Part shown: positions 20,684 through 31,634 of the stretch, piece by piece
Layout of the letters: each line of letters begins with the position of its first letter
Position numbering within the stretch: position 1 is the stretch's first letter
IMG/VR virus record: IMGVR_UViG_2706795806_000001
Location: 1-64,000 of that record
Reading direction: 5' to 3' (one strand)
Source of the DNA: a virus
Taxonomy: Duplodnaviria > Caudoviricetes
Length of the DNA: 64,000 bases
Made by a program: the position numbers and the translations under genes
Notes under the pieces: generated by a model
What the model was told of the DNA's origin: nothing
Databases searched by the model: none
The model's input: the letters and a program-made list of their open reading frames with translations, nothing else

Positions 20684-21210
20684 TGATTTTTAAGTGTAAA
20701 GTTGCACACATTGTAGCTGTTGGAAGAAATGGTGAGATTGGCAAAGACGATAAAATGTTGTGGCATATTCCTGAAGACTTTAAATACTTTAAAGAGATGA
20801 CCATCGGACATGCTATGATTATGGGTCGTAAGACTTGGGATGGATTGCCAGCACCACTAACTCGTCGATGTGTTCATGTTGTCAGTAAGGATAACTGCAA
20901 CCCTACATGGAAGAATCCTCTATTGAGTGCATTGGGTAGAGCTAAAGATGCTTGCTTCCATTTAAGGACAAACATTATTTGGGTGGCTGGTGGTCAACGA
21001 GTTTATGAGACAACCAGTGATATCGTAGATGAGGTATTCTTAACAAGAGTACATGCAGATTTTGAAGATGCAGATACCTTTTATAAAGTACCTGAAGGTT
21101 TTGTATTTGGTGGGTATGTTCAGAAGTCTATCAAGACTAAAGAAGGTTGGGATGTAACATTTGAAAAATGGGTGCGAAAAGATGTTGACAAGAGTTTAAA
21201 TCTTTTATAG
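20683..21210 (+). CDS. folA: Dihydrofolate reductase
   Basis: IG....LW.IPED..YF, IMGRKTW, GG..VY, DTF. Confidence 0.93.
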   Translation: MIFKCKVAHIVAVGRNGEIGKDDKMLWHIPEDFKYFKEMTIGHAMIMGRKTWDGLPAPLTRRCVHVVSKDNCNPTWKNPLLSALGRAKDACFHLRTNIIWVAGGQRVYETTSDIVDEVFLTRVHADFEDADTFYKVPEGFVFGGYVQKSIKTKEGWDVTFEKWVRKDVDKSLNLL

Positions 21211-21237
21211 AATACTCACATCAACTGGAGAAACATC

Positions 21238-21984
21238 ATGTTCAACTACAAACAAATTGGATACATCTACAAGAACAATAAAGGTCAATACCTTGTTCGT
21301 GTAATCAATCGTGGTTTCTATGACAGAACTCACTATGCTTTACATTTTGTTGATAATATTCAAGATGCTATGTTGTTTGAGCATGAGATTGTTTACTCTG
21401 AATCAGAGATTCAATACAGAACATTATTTTCTGAAGAGATTATTTTGGGGTGTGAGAAGATTAAAGTTGAGAGACACACACAGTATTTGAAGCCTCATGA
21501 ATATAAAATTTTGGAGGATTAATGGCTAAGTTACACAAGCAGTTGGATAAAGACTATCTGGTCTTGTCTGGTTCACACTATTCAGGTTGTGTTGGGTATT
21601 GCAGTGAAGTGATCCAATCTAAGCGACATGGTATTATGTTGAAGTTGGAGTTATCAGAAGCAACAATGTGGTTCAATGAAAAAGAGTTAAAGGAGTTTTA
21701 AAATGCAAGTAGGTATTATTGGTGCTGGTTCTCCTAGCATAGCTGGATTGTTAGCTTCTATGGCTTTGTCTGGCAACTCATCAAGTGGTCGTGGGTTTCG
21801 TTTTGTTTATCGAAATCGACAAGATAATGAATTTCATGCTCAAGTATTTAATGAAGATTCATTAACAAATCGTGCTGATTTCTTGCACTCACTTCGCCTT
21901 CGAGATTTTAATTTTGATGAGCAGTGTGCTATCCAATTCTCTCAGTTCAAAGAAACTGAACAAATTTTTAAAGAGGTGATTTAA
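21238..21984 (+). other. Three small hypothetical genes (21238-21522, 21522-21701, 21703-21984)
   Basis: RBS-preceded ORFs after a TTGACA..TAGAAT promoter at about 21185; the middle 59-aa ORF is absent from the ORF track. Confidence 0.5.
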
Positions 21985-21985
21985 T

Positions 21986-23047
21986 ATGACTAAACAATTT
22001 AAACCTATGAAAACTGTAAATGAAGCAATGTCTTTTGAAGATGTTACTTACCCTAAACTAATCTCTGTAAAGTTTGATGGTGTCTATGCCTTAAATCTTG
22101 CGAGTAAGTTACTAGGACGTTCTTTAAAAGCAATGAAGAATGTGTGGGTTACTAACCTTTTAAGTAAGGAGAAGTTCACAGGGATTTGTGGTGAGATCAT
22201 GAACACATCACTTGATGAAGAAGCTCCAGAAGAGTTGAAGATCAACCGTCAAGATTTGTGTCGAAATACTACATCATTTACAGGTGCAATCAAGAAAGAG
22301 GATTGGGATTTTGTAATCGCTGTATTTGACTATATTGGTGATGGAAGTGAAGAGTATTGTAAAAAGCCTTACAATCAACGTATGGCAGACTTAGGGCAAA
22401 AGTTCACTGATATGGACAATTGCCAATTTATCACAAAGCATGTGTTTGCTGGCATTGTATATCAAGAGTTCATGGCAGATGGTGTTCAGTTTATTTTCCC
22501 TGAACCGAAGATTGTGCAAGATGCAATTGATGCTGAATACATTTACAACCTTGCAATTGATGAAGGTCACGAAGGTATTATCCTACGAGAGATTGAAGGT
22601 ATTTATAAGTTCGGACGAGCTACCAAGAAGTCTCAAGAGATGATTCGATTCAAGCCAAGTGATGACAGTGAGATCATCATCACTCATTTAGAGCCTATGT
22701 TTGAAAACAACAATGAGGCTAAGATTAATGAGCTTGGACATACAGAGCGATCATCTCATAAAGAGAATAAAGTTCAACTTGAAATGGTTGGTGCTTTAGT
22801 TGGTTATGATATTAATACAGGTGAAGAGGTTCGTATTGGAGCTGGTAAGCTTACCCATGCAGAGCGATCTGAAGTCTGGTTATGTCGAAGTGATTATGTT
22901 GGTCGTCTGGCTAAATACCGATTTATGGCTACAGGGATTAAAACGAAGCCACGACATCCACGATTCATCTCTTGGCGAAATGTTGAAGACTTGGATCAGA
23001 CGGTGATTGATTTTGCATCTGAGAAGCGAATCTTCTTGAAAGAGTAA
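21986..23047 (+). CDS. ATP-dependent DNA ligase
   Basis: KFDG, GE, FD, EG.ILR, Y..GR, C-terminal OB fold with PRHPRF. Confidence 0.92.
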   Translation: MTKQFKPMKTVNEAMSFEDVTYPKLISVKFDGVYALNLASKLLGRSLKAMKNVWVTNLLSKEKFTGICGEIMNTSLDEEAPEELKINRQDLCRNTTSFTGAIKKEDWDFVIAVFDYIGDGSEEYCKKPYNQRMADLGQKFTDMDNCQFITKHVFAGIVYQEFMADGVQFIFPEPKIVQDAIDAEYIYNLAIDEGHEGIILREIEGIYKFGRATKKSQEMIRFKPSDDSEIIITHLEPMFENNNEAKINELGHTERSSHKENKVQLEMVGALVGYDINTGEEVRIGAGKLTHAERSEVWLCRSDYVGRLAKYRFMATGIKTKPRHPRFISWRNVEDLDQTVIDFASEKRIFLKE

Positions 23048-23120
23048 AAACTTTCATAAAGTTGTTGACCTGTTATATGCTTGTGTATATAATGGGTCTA
23101 TTCCGTTAGAGGTATAAAGA

Positions 23121-23465
23121 ATGAAGATTAATGTATTAACTCCAGTGGATGTATCATTCATTGCAGATAAAGCTAAGGTTATGGTTGAATCATTTAGAGC
23201 AAAACTAATTGCTGAGATTAAATCAATTATGCCTTTAGGATATTCTTTGTGTGGTGATGGCAGTTGGATTGTAGTATGCTCAACAGAAGGTGCTAGACCA
23301 GAGCATCCTATACTTAGTTCAAATGTTATTGCATATAAACACAATGGCAGAATCTCTTATGAGAGTAAAGCTACACCTAATGAGATTTATCGTATTAGTG
23401 GTATGCTACAAATTATAGCTGGCGTTGACTTAACAATTCTTGGCAACTTTTCAATTTTAAACTGA
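23121..23465 (+). CDS. Hypothetical protein
   Basis: Follows the promoter at 23065-23093; GAGG RBS. Confidence 0.55.
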   Translation: MKINVLTPVDVSFIADKAKVMVESFRAKLIAEIKSIMPLGYSLCGDGSWIVVCSTEGARPEHPILSSNVIAYKHNGRISYESKATPNEIYRISGMLQIIAGVDLTILGNFSILN

Positions 23466-23475
23466 GGTAAATTAA

Positions 23476-25200
23476 ATGACTCTTACACCTACTCCTGAAC
23501 AATCTAAAGTAATTGAGTTGGCTTTGGATTACGAAGACCTAAAGATTAATGCTTTTGCTGGTGCTTCAAAGACAACAACGCTGACAATGATTGCAAATGC
23601 AAAACATGAAGAGGGTGGTAATGTTGGTATGTATCTTGCATTCAACAAAGTCACAGCTCTTGAGGCTGAGAACCGATTCCCAAACTCTGTAGAGTGTAAG
23701 ACTGTACATAGCTTGGCTTACCGACACACACCAAAAGATTTAATTTCAAAATTGAATCTACAGAAAGTCTTCCCAAAAGACTTGGGGCTTATGTACAAGT
23801 TTAATGGTACATTTGTTGAGAATGCTGTTGGTGATCGACGTTATATCAGTGTTGGTGCAAAGGTTAGTATGATGAATCGTACAATCTCACGTTTCTGTAA
23901 TAGTGCTGATGATGAAGTATCACGAGATCATTTGGTTCGTATGGATTGGATGAGAACTCCTGTAGGTAAGGAATACGATTTAGAGGCTATCTATAGCGAA
24001 GTTGTTGAACTGGCTAAGATACACTGGCAAGAAGTGATTAACCCTTCTAGCATCATCCCATTGACACATGAAGCATATCTGAAGTTGTACTCAATGAGTG
24101 GGCGAAAGATTATTGCTGACTACATTATGATTGACGAGAATCAAGATTCTTCTCCTGTAATTCTGAAGATTGTAGAGTCTCAGAAAAAAGCTCAGAAGAT
24201 TTATGTGGGTGATCGTTACCAAGCAATCTACGGATGGCGTGGTGCTATTAATGCAATGGATATTGTGACTGGGACAGATGTATACTTAACAAAATCTTTC
24301 CGATTTGGGAATAATGTTGAGAAACTTGCTAACCTACTTCTTGATCATGTGGGTAATGAAGTTCCTCTACATGGTAATGGTAGCTCTGAAGGAATTACAT
24401 ATAATGGCAATATGTCAGTACATCCTGACGCTGTTATCTGTCGGACAAATACAGGTGTCATTAAGAATATTTTTGAGTATAGTGATCGCTACCCACACTT
24501 AGCTATTGGTGCTAGTTGTGACTTACGAGAGATTGAAAAGTTTGTCTATGCTTATACAGATTTATCAATGGGTAAGAAGGTTGAACATCAATTATTGTTT
24601 GCTTTCAATACCGTGAGTGAGTTAAGAGACTATTGTGAAGAGAATCCAGAGGATATGGAAATCTCAGGTCTTGTTAAGTTGATTGACAAGTTTACACCAA
24701 AAGGGTTGTTATCAGCCATTAAGAAATGTGATGCAATCAAGAAGCCAGATATTATGGTGACTACTGCACACAAATCAAAAGGGTTGGAGTGGGATAATGT
24801 ATTGATCTACAACGACTTCTTTTATGATGTTGGTGAAGATAATATTACTATCGACAATGAAGAGTTGAACTTACTTTATGTGGCTTGTACTCGTGCCAAG
24901 AAGCATATTGACATTATTGGTATCAGTGACCTGATTTATCAATTGCTGAAGAACAAGGGTGATAAAGCAGAGCTTACACGACTTGGATTCCATAGTGAAG
25001 ATGATGAGTTCTGTGGTGATGAAGTTGCTCAGGCAACAGGTGGAGTTCTTGTTGGTATTAAGGGTTTGGATGTGTTTAGTCCTCATGAACTAAATGTAGA
25101 GGCAAAGTTAAAAGGTTTTATTGATCGAACTTGTTCTGTAGATCATAAGATGGATGCTGAGTTACAGGAAAATGGGATGGGCTTATCAGATTTTAGTTAG
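23476..25200 (+). CDS. Superfamily 1 (UvrD/Rep-like) DNA helicase
   Basis: AFAGASKTT, DENQD, GD.YQAIYGWRG, SFRF, TAHKSKGLEW, YVACTRA. Confidence 0.88.
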   Translation: MTLTPTPEQSKVIELALDYEDLKINAFAGASKTTTLTMIANAKHEEGGNVGMYLAFNKVTALEAENRFPNSVECKTVHSLAYRHTPKDLISKLNLQKVFPKDLGLMYKFNGTFVENAVGDRRYISVGAKVSMMNRTISRFCNSADDEVSRDHLVRMDWMRTPVGKEYDLEAIYSEVVELAKIHWQEVINPSSIIPLTHEAYLKLYSMSGRKIIADYIMIDENQDSSPVILKIVESQKKAQKIYVGDRYQAIYGWRGAINAMDIVTGTDVYLTKSFRFGNNVEKLANLLLDHVGNEVPLHGNGSSEGITYNGNMSVHPDAVICRTNTGVIKNIFEYSDRYPHLAIGASCDLREIEKFVYAYTDLSMGKKVEHQLLFAFNTVSELRDYCEENPEDMEISGLVKLIDKFTPKGLLSAIKKCDAIKKPDIMVTTAHKSKGLEWDNVLIYNDFFYDVGEDNITIDNEELNLLYVACTRAKKHIDIIGISDLIYQLLKNKGDKAELTRLGFHSEDDEFCGDEVAQATGGVLVGIKGLDVFSPHELNVEAKLKGFIDRTCSVDHKMDAELQENGMGLSDFS

Positions 25201-25208
25201 GAGGTGTT

Positions 25209-25753
25209 GTGAGTAAAGAAGTTCAGGTGATTATGGGAGTCTGTCAAACAGACTTCTACAATCATAAATTATTTGAGAGTATTGAGGATGGGCTACATGA
25301 AGGCTTAAAACTTTATCGAGAAGGTCGGTATGAGTATGTAGGTGTTGCAGTTGAGCAAAAAGAAGATGGTAGGGTTACACCAGAATTTATCTCTGAAGCT
25401 TACCAGAAGTTCATGGCAGTCTCATTTGGAGCATTGGCGTTAGTTCGCCCTAAATTATTTCAGTTAGGAGTTTAATTATGTATTTACATATTCGTGCAGA
25501 TTTTGATGAAAACGGTTTAAGTTCAAAGGTTTGGACTAGCTTAGATGATTTTGTTGCAGATAAACTCTGTGGTGATTTTGATAACTATGTCGAGCTTGAG
25601 AACTACCTTAATGAGTGTAAGGAGTCAGGAGAAGAGCCTGAATATTATCCTAAGTATATTTATGACCTCATTAACAATGGTGAGGCAGAAGGTGAATGGG
25701 ATGCAGAAGAGTTCTATGAAATTAAAGGTACAGCATCACAGGGGATTGTCTAA
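25209..25753 (+). other. Two small hypothetical genes
   Basis: ORFs 25209-25475 and 25478-25753 with RBS. Confidence 0.55.
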
Positions 25754-25906
25754 TGTATACATGTTTTGATAGTTGGTTTGAGGAAGTAAAGGAAGTTGCT
25801 GACGAATGTGGTAAGTATATTGACAACGCCAGTGACTTTGAACATTTTTATAAACAAGGTTTAAGCCCAGATGATGCTTACAACCAGTGGATTTTGGAGG
25901 AAGGTA

Positions 25907-26566
25907 ATGAGTAAGAAGGTTATTTTATTTAATGGTGCGCCTAATTCGGGTAAGGATGCTTCAGCATTAATCATGAAAGAGTTGTTCGGGTTTGGTTCGA
26001 TTCATGCTTTTAAAGATGAATTATACAAGGCAACAGCAAAACACTTTGACGTTGATCTTGACAAGTTTATTGTGATGGCTCGTGATCGGGTACTGAAAGA
26101 GACCAAGACACGAATCTTAAACCACAAGAAGGGTATGAGCTTAATTCAACGTATTAAATTCTTTGTGAAGAGTTTGTTTACAATGGTTGGTCTTACACCA
26201 CGAGAGGCTTTGATATTCGTTTCTGAGAAGATTATTAAACCACAACACGGTAATGATTTCTTTGGTAAGCAATTATCAAACACAATCAACCTAAGTAAAG
26301 GTGACATGTTCTTTATCCCTGACTCTGGTTTTGTTGATGAGTTACGTCCTTTAGTGGAAGCTGGGTATGATGTCCATGTAGTTCGAATCCACCGTGATGG
26401 AACAAGTTTTGAGAATGATTCTCGTACAGAAATGACAGATGAAATCTTAAAAGAGTTTGGCATCAAGGGTTATGATTTGTATAACAACGGAACGATGGGA
26501 GACTTACGAGATGGGTTACTCTCAATCGCTACTAATCAAATTGCTTTAGGGAAGAATAAACTATGA
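25907..26566 (+). CDS. Deoxynucleoside monophosphate kinase
   Basis: GAPNSGKD P-loop, FKD.L, TPRE.L, D.GF.DE. Confidence 0.8.
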   Translation: MSKKVILFNGAPNSGKDASALIMKELFGFGSIHAFKDELYKATAKHFDVDLDKFIVMARDRVLKETKTRILNHKKGMSLIQRIKFFVKSLFTMVGLTPREALIFVSEKIIKPQHGNDFFGKQLSNTINLSKGDMFFIPDSGFVDELRPLVEAGYDVHVVRIHRDGTSFENDSRTEMTDEILKEFGIKGYDLYNNGTMGDLRDGLLSIATNQIALGKNKL

Positions 26567-26865
26567 TGAAATTTTTAAAATCTAACCCAATCAAGGTTAT
26601 CATCCTTGCAGTGTTGGCTCTGCTTACACTTACGAGTTGTGTACCTCAAAAGGCTCACAGTGCTGTTGCAATGGCTCGTAGTCCTGTTGTTTCAGTTCGC
26701 CCTAGTGTTAGTGTGCCAAAGGTAAATAGTCCAGTAGTGAAGCCCACAAAGCCAACTACGAAGGGTGTGGTGAATCATACTGCTACGGCAGTTATCGCAT
26801 CACAATTAATCCCAACTGTATGTACAGAGAAGGGTAAAGAAAAGAACCGTTGTGTGAGGAAATAA
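26563..26865 (+). CDS. Putative lipoprotein
   Basis: Signal peptide ending LTSC (lipobox); Pro/Val-rich linker. Confidence 0.45.
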   Translation: MMKFLKSNPIKVIILAVLALLTLTSCVPQKAHSAVAMARSPVVSVRPSVSVPKVNSPVVKPTKPTTKGVVNHTATAVIASQLIPTVCTEKGKEKNRCVRK

Positions 26866-27265
26866 TGAAATTAAGTCGTCACTTTGTTTGTTACGATGGT
26901 GTAAGGATACATCGTCGTCTATTCTCTTGCAGGGAGTGTGGGAAGCCTTGTTCACCAAGTCGCTATAAACCATATAACAAAAGCCCTGTATTGAAGATAG
27001 CCACCAGTTATGGATGTGGTGAGTGTGATGTAAATTTTGTGACGACAAGCTAAAGGAGAATGGCTATGTCGTTTAGGAATGTAATTATTGCTACTATCTT
27101 ATTGATTATTATATTAAATAAATCTTTGGATGATTTTGATGAAATATTAATTGGAGAAAAGAGCAATAAAAATGAAATTAGTTATTGACAGAATTTAAAA
27201 CTGTTATATAATGACTGCACAAAGTAACCAATACTGGTTAAGTAAATTATCTTGGAGATTGAATT

Positions 27266-27802
27266 ATGAATACTGTTATCACTGCTACTAACGCTACTGC
27301 ACCTATCATTAAAACTTTTGTTGAGCCTGAAGTAATTAAACAATTCCGTAAAGATTTGAATGTACATCTTGGTTCTTTCCGTGAAAGTATTAAGCTTGAC
27401 ATTGCTTCAATGTTTGATGCTTGTCTATGTGTTGAGTTATCAGATGCTGTTAAGGCTACACCGTTAATCACTTCAGTTAATGCTGATAAGTTCTTACTTC
27501 TTGTACGTTCGAAATATAATTTTGGTTCTACGTTCTCTTTGAATCTTGCTAATGCAATTACTCAGTTGAACCTAGCTCTAGTAGCTAAGAAACCTGTAGC
27601 ACAGTTTGCTAATGTTCCAGCAGAACAAGCACACTTACTACCTTTATATATTTCAGGCAACTCTAATGAAGTTGACTATGAAGCAATTGCTGGTATGTGT
27701 TCACATGTTAGCTTTGAAAGTGCAATGAATTGCTTGGTGTTCTTCTACGGTCTACGTGTTGAACATGCTAAGAAAATCTTCAGCACTTTTAACGAAATTT
27801 AA
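27266..27802 (+). CDS. Hypothetical protein, monocistronic
   Basis: Own promoter TTGACA-17-TATAAT (about 27186), GGAG RBS, downstream terminator. Confidence 0.7.
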   Translation: MNTVITATNATAPIIKTFVEPEVIKQFRKDLNVHLGSFRESIKLDIASMFDACLCVELSDAVKATPLITSVNADKFLLLVRSKYNFGSTFSLNLANAITQLNLALVAKKPVAQFANVPAEQAHLLPLYISGNSNEVDYEAIAGMCSHVSFESAMNCLVFFYGLRVEHAKKIFSTFNEI

Positions 27803-27807
27803 TTCTC

Positions 27808-27836
27808 AAGGGAGGGCTTCGGCTCTCCCTTTTTTA
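27808..27836 (+). terminator. Intrinsic terminator
   Basis: GGGAGGGC-TTCG-GCTCTCCC plus T7. Confidence 0.85.
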
Positions 27837-27916
27837 TTGCTTAAAATATTTGTTGACAACCAATTAATTTAATATATAATTAAATCCATACAGACAAACC
27901 TTTGAAGGAAAGGATC

Positions 27917-28924
27917 ATGAAAAAGTACAACTCACTACAACTTATCTTAGAAGCTTTTGGTATTGATAAATCTACACGACCTATTGGTCATGGAAACTAT
28001 TCAAGAGCTTATGTGACTAAGCGTGGGACTATCTTAAAGTTCACCATTGATGAAACATATATGGCTTATATTGATGCTGTTACAGCTAAACCTAATGAAT
28101 TAGCCCCAGAGATTCTTAATAACTTTGGTGAGGTTGCTAAAGTGTTGTGTGAAGACTGGGATGGTCGTGCCAATGTATTTAAGGAAGTGCCACTCTTTGC
28201 TGTAGAGTTACCAAAGTACAAGCATGTTTGGACAAGTGAAGATGTACCTAATGTTGATGCTTTGCATGAGGCTATGGGAAGCCTAGAGTACCTTTGCTCT
28301 TACAATATGATGAATGATGGTTGGTCATTTGAAGAGAATATTGCGAATATGGAAGAGAATTTTGCACCTATTATTCGTGCTGGGGTTGACTCATTACAGA
28401 TGTTTGACTTCATACATTTAGTACATAAGCTACAGGATGATCACAACGCATTTAACGATATGCACTCAGACAATTTCATGTGGGATTCAGAGAACAGTCG
28501 TCTTGTCGTGACTGATCCTATTGGAAGTCGTTCACACCGATCTTCATTAAACACGATGTCTACTAAAGCTTCTCGTAGTGAGGTGTACAGTCGGTTGGAT
28601 ATGGACAAGATTACACAAATATGTGACTTACTTTCATACAAGAAGGTTGACACACTATTTATTAAATTTGCTGGAGGTTTAGCTAAACAGGAATCACTTG
28701 AAAATAAACGTGTAAACAGCTTCAATATTGAGGTTGTCAAGAGTCCTATGTTCCGTCATGTCAGAAAGAGAATTGAGAAAGAGTGTATTGAAAATGGCTT
28801 GGCAAAGAATAATGTTGTTTGTAGACTTTTAAACCTTGATTGGAGAGATACAACTGAAATAATGGTTGAAATTCGAAATCAACGTGCTATAATGGGTTTA
28901 TCTTTAAAAGGAGAAGATGAGTAA
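27917..28924 (+). CDS. Ser/Thr protein kinase-like protein (T7 gp0.7-like)
   Basis: IGHGNYSRAY Gly-loop, LKF Lys, DMHSDN catalytic loop, VTDP. Confidence 0.72.
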   Translation: MKKYNSLQLILEAFGIDKSTRPIGHGNYSRAYVTKRGTILKFTIDETYMAYIDAVTAKPNELAPEILNNFGEVAKVLCEDWDGRANVFKEVPLFAVELPKYKHVWTSEDVPNVDALHEAMGSLEYLCSYNMMNDGWSFEENIANMEENFAPIIRAGVDSLQMFDFIHLVHKLQDDHNAFNDMHSDNFMWDSENSRLVVTDPIGSRSHRSSLNTMSTKASRSEVYSRLDMDKITQICDLLSYKKVDTLFIKFAGGLAKQESLENKRVNSFNIEVVKSPMFRHVRKRIEKECIENGLAKNNVVCRLLNLDWRDTTEIMVEIRNQRAIMGLSLKGEDE

Positions 28925-29823
28925 TGAACTTAATTAAATCTAAATTCAAAAATCAAGTAGATCGTAACGGTAAGGTTGTAGAGATCGAAGTTCGTAAATA
29001 TCAGCGAAGTGTGTTTTATAACAACCTTTGGGATAAAGACCCAGCTTTAGTTAAGAGTCGTGGGGCAGTGTTTATCGGTGGTGAACAGGTTGTTTACCCT
29101 ATGGACAAGTGCTTCAACTTTGGTGAGAATAATACTGGTGTAGATTTACCAAAAGATAAGAAGGTCTTAGCATTTAAGAAGTTGAATGGATACATGTTGA
29201 ACTTAACTCATGTTCCTAATGTTGGTTGGATTGTTTCAACTACAGGTGATGCTTCGATCATTGGTAATGAGTCTACAAATGATTTCATTAATATGGGTAT
29301 TGAGTATATAGATAAGTTTGAAGCATTCTCATACTACATGGACTTGTTACATAGTCAAGAAGATTTGCTTGGATCAGATATGCTTACGGTAACTTTTGAA
29401 GTGTGTCACCCAAATGATCCTCACATCGTCGTAGAGGAGTTTGGACTACATCCTATATGTTACCAGTTCAATGGCAAAACTTACCCATTAGAGGTCGAAG
29501 GAGAGCCAATTGAGACTACTATTCAAGGAATCCTTGATATTGTGAAAGGTGTGAAGCATGAAGGCTTTATGGTGTATAATACTGAAGGGAATTTGATCTT
29601 TAAGTTAAAGTCTCCTTTCTATCTTTCAAAGAAATGGATTCAGCGTGGTGGCTCTAAGAAAGTTTGGTCTGGTGCTTATAAAGAAAGACTTGACGAAGAA
29701 TACTACCCTATTGTACAATACATTCGAGTTAATTATAAGAAGCTTGAGTGGGATGAGATGGGAGAGGATGATAAGTCTGAAGCATTCTTGAAAGCTTATC
29801 AATATTGTTATGGAGGGAGTTAA
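28924..29823 (+). CDS. RNA ligase, Rnl1 family
   Basis: RG, K.FN.GE, KLNG, FE, EGF, KLKS. Confidence 0.8.
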   Translation: MNLIKSKFKNQVDRNGKVVEIEVRKYQRSVFYNNLWDKDPALVKSRGAVFIGGEQVVYPMDKCFNFGENNTGVDLPKDKKVLAFKKLNGYMLNLTHVPNVGWIVSTTGDASIIGNESTNDFINMGIEYIDKFEAFSYYMDLLHSQEDLLGSDMLTVTFEVCHPNDPHIVVEEFGLHPICYQFNGKTYPLEVEGEPIETTIQGILDIVKGVKHEGFMVYNTEGNLIFKLKSPFYLSKKWIQRGGSKKVWSGAYKERLDEEYYPIVQYIRVNYKKLEWDEMGEDDKSEAFLKAYQYCYGGS

Positions 29824-30253
29824 ATTGAATAAACCTAACGGCTTTAAAACACTTTGGTTAGTGCGTGGAGTGTCAGGTGCTGGGAAATCTACTGTGGCAG
29901 AGATGTTGGGTTATTACCTACCATCTGCTGTCATGGCAGAGGCTGATCAGTTTCGATATGTTGATGGTGAATATGCTTGGGATAAAGTACCAAACCATGT
30001 TGCACATTCTGGTTGCCGTAAGGCTGTCAAGAAAGCAGTAGAGGAAGATGGTATGCACAATGTTGTTGTTGCTAACACATCTACTCGAAGCAAGGATGTT
30101 AATTGGTACAAGAACTATGCACAACGTAATGGATATCGTTTTATTTCCATCATTGTGGAGAATCATCATGAGACAGGAAATGTTCATGGTGTACCTGAAG
30201 AAACCTTATGTCGTATGGAACAAGAGATTTTAGGGAGTATTAAGCTAAAATGA
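29810..30253 (+). CDS. Polynucleotide kinase-like P-loop protein (AAA_33)
   Basis: RGVSGAGKST, AD, NT, NVHGVP. Confidence 0.8.
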   Translation: MEGVKLNKPNGFKTLWLVRGVSGAGKSTVAEMLGYYLPSAVMAEADQFRYVDGEYAWDKVPNHVAHSGCRKAVKKAVEEDGMHNVVVANTSTRSKDVNWYKNYAQRNGYRFISIIVENHHETGNVHGVPEETLCRMEQEILGSIKLK

Positions 30254-30874
30254 GTAAGGTTCATACCATTGTTGTTATTCGGAATGGATCGTTCAACACC
30301 TCCTTTACAGCAAAGTCTGTAGAGGAGCTGGAAGACTATCTACCAACCTCTATGAAAAGTAATTTGAAAAATGCAATTTACTATGGACAAGAGAAGTTTT
30401 ATCAAGGTGAGACTAAGTATAACTTACTTTACTCATGTTGGGATGTAATGATTTAGGAGGATGTGATGGGTATTTACGACTACAGTGTAAATGCAACTGA
30501 CGATGAATTCGTTCAGATTGATATAAAAGAGAAGGATTGGGAGCTTATCCAAGAGAAATTAGATTTCCTGAATGCTTTAGAGGCTCATGGAGTTGACAAT
30601 TGGGATGGTTACTCAGAAGCTCATCGTGAAGTTTATGGAGGTGATGATGAAGATTAGTAAAAGCTTACGAAAGGTTATTGTCTATAAGACAATGAATCGA
30701 CGAATTTCAAGTATTATCAAGGACTTGGAAAGCAAGAAAGAGAACTTTTACTTTAAGTCAGGAAGCCAATATAGTAATTGGACAGTGACTGAATTAAAAG
30801 CACAGATGGCTATAAACAGCAATCGAATTTTATTTATCCGTAGTAAGATGTTGGAGGTGAAACGTGGGACGTAA
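30250..30874 (+). other. Three small hypothetical genes
   Basis: Packed ORFs at 30250, 30463 and about 30644. Confidence 0.5.
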
Positions 30875-31484
30875 ATTAGGTACTTCAGATTTACATTTAG
30901 GGCATACAAACATTGTAAAGTTTACAAATCGTATTGAGGCTATGGATCGTGATGGATTTATTGTGCCTAACGAACTTCGAGTGCCTTACTTTAACGGTAC
31001 TTTGAGTGACGAACTTCGTCGTAAGGTTACAGACATTCACGATGCTTGGTTAGTACATACATTGTACACTCAAATTGAAGATGGTGATGTGGTGTATCAT
31101 TTAGGTGATTTATCTTTCACTAAGGATAAAGATAAGTTAAAACGGTTTATAGATGGATTGAAAGGTGATTGGTTATTCATTCTTGGTAATCATGATAATG
31201 AATCCCATATTCGTGAAGCTTGCAAAGGTACTCGTCATAAGGTGCTTGGACACTACCACGAGGTTTCCATTAACAAGACTAAGGTTTGCTTGTTCCATTT
31301 CCCTATAGCTGAATGGCATCAAATCCATCGTGGCTCATGGCATTTACATGGTCATCTGCATGGTATGAAAGGTCACGGAGATTTCATCCTCCCTGACATG
31401 GCTAGACGTTTAGATATAGGTATTGATGCTCACCCTTCACACAGAATCTTTGATCTTGAGGAGTTGGTAGGTGAAAAAGCATAG
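30864..31484 (+). CDS. Calcineurin-like metallophosphoesterase
   Basis: DLH, GD, GNHD, HGHLH. Confidence 0.9.
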   Translation: MGRKLGTSDLHLGHTNIVKFTNRIEAMDRDGFIVPNELRVPYFNGTLSDELRRKVTDIHDAWLVHTLYTQIEDGDVVYHLGDLSFTKDKDKLKRFIDGLKGDWLFILGNHDNESHIREACKGTRHKVLGHYHEVSINKTKVCLFHFPIAEWHQIHRGSWHLHGHLHGMKGHGDFILPDMARRLDIGIDAHPSHRIFDLEELVGEKA

Positions 31485-31634
31485 ACCTCTAAACGGCAAC
31501 TGTAATGACTGTGGTGGTATTGGTACGGTTGTGGCTGGGTATTGGCACTCTGGCTCTTACATCATCGTGGATGGTCGAAAGAAGTTAGACACTAAAGGGC
31601 ATTGGGTTACTAGCTGTACTAAGTGTGGTGTACG

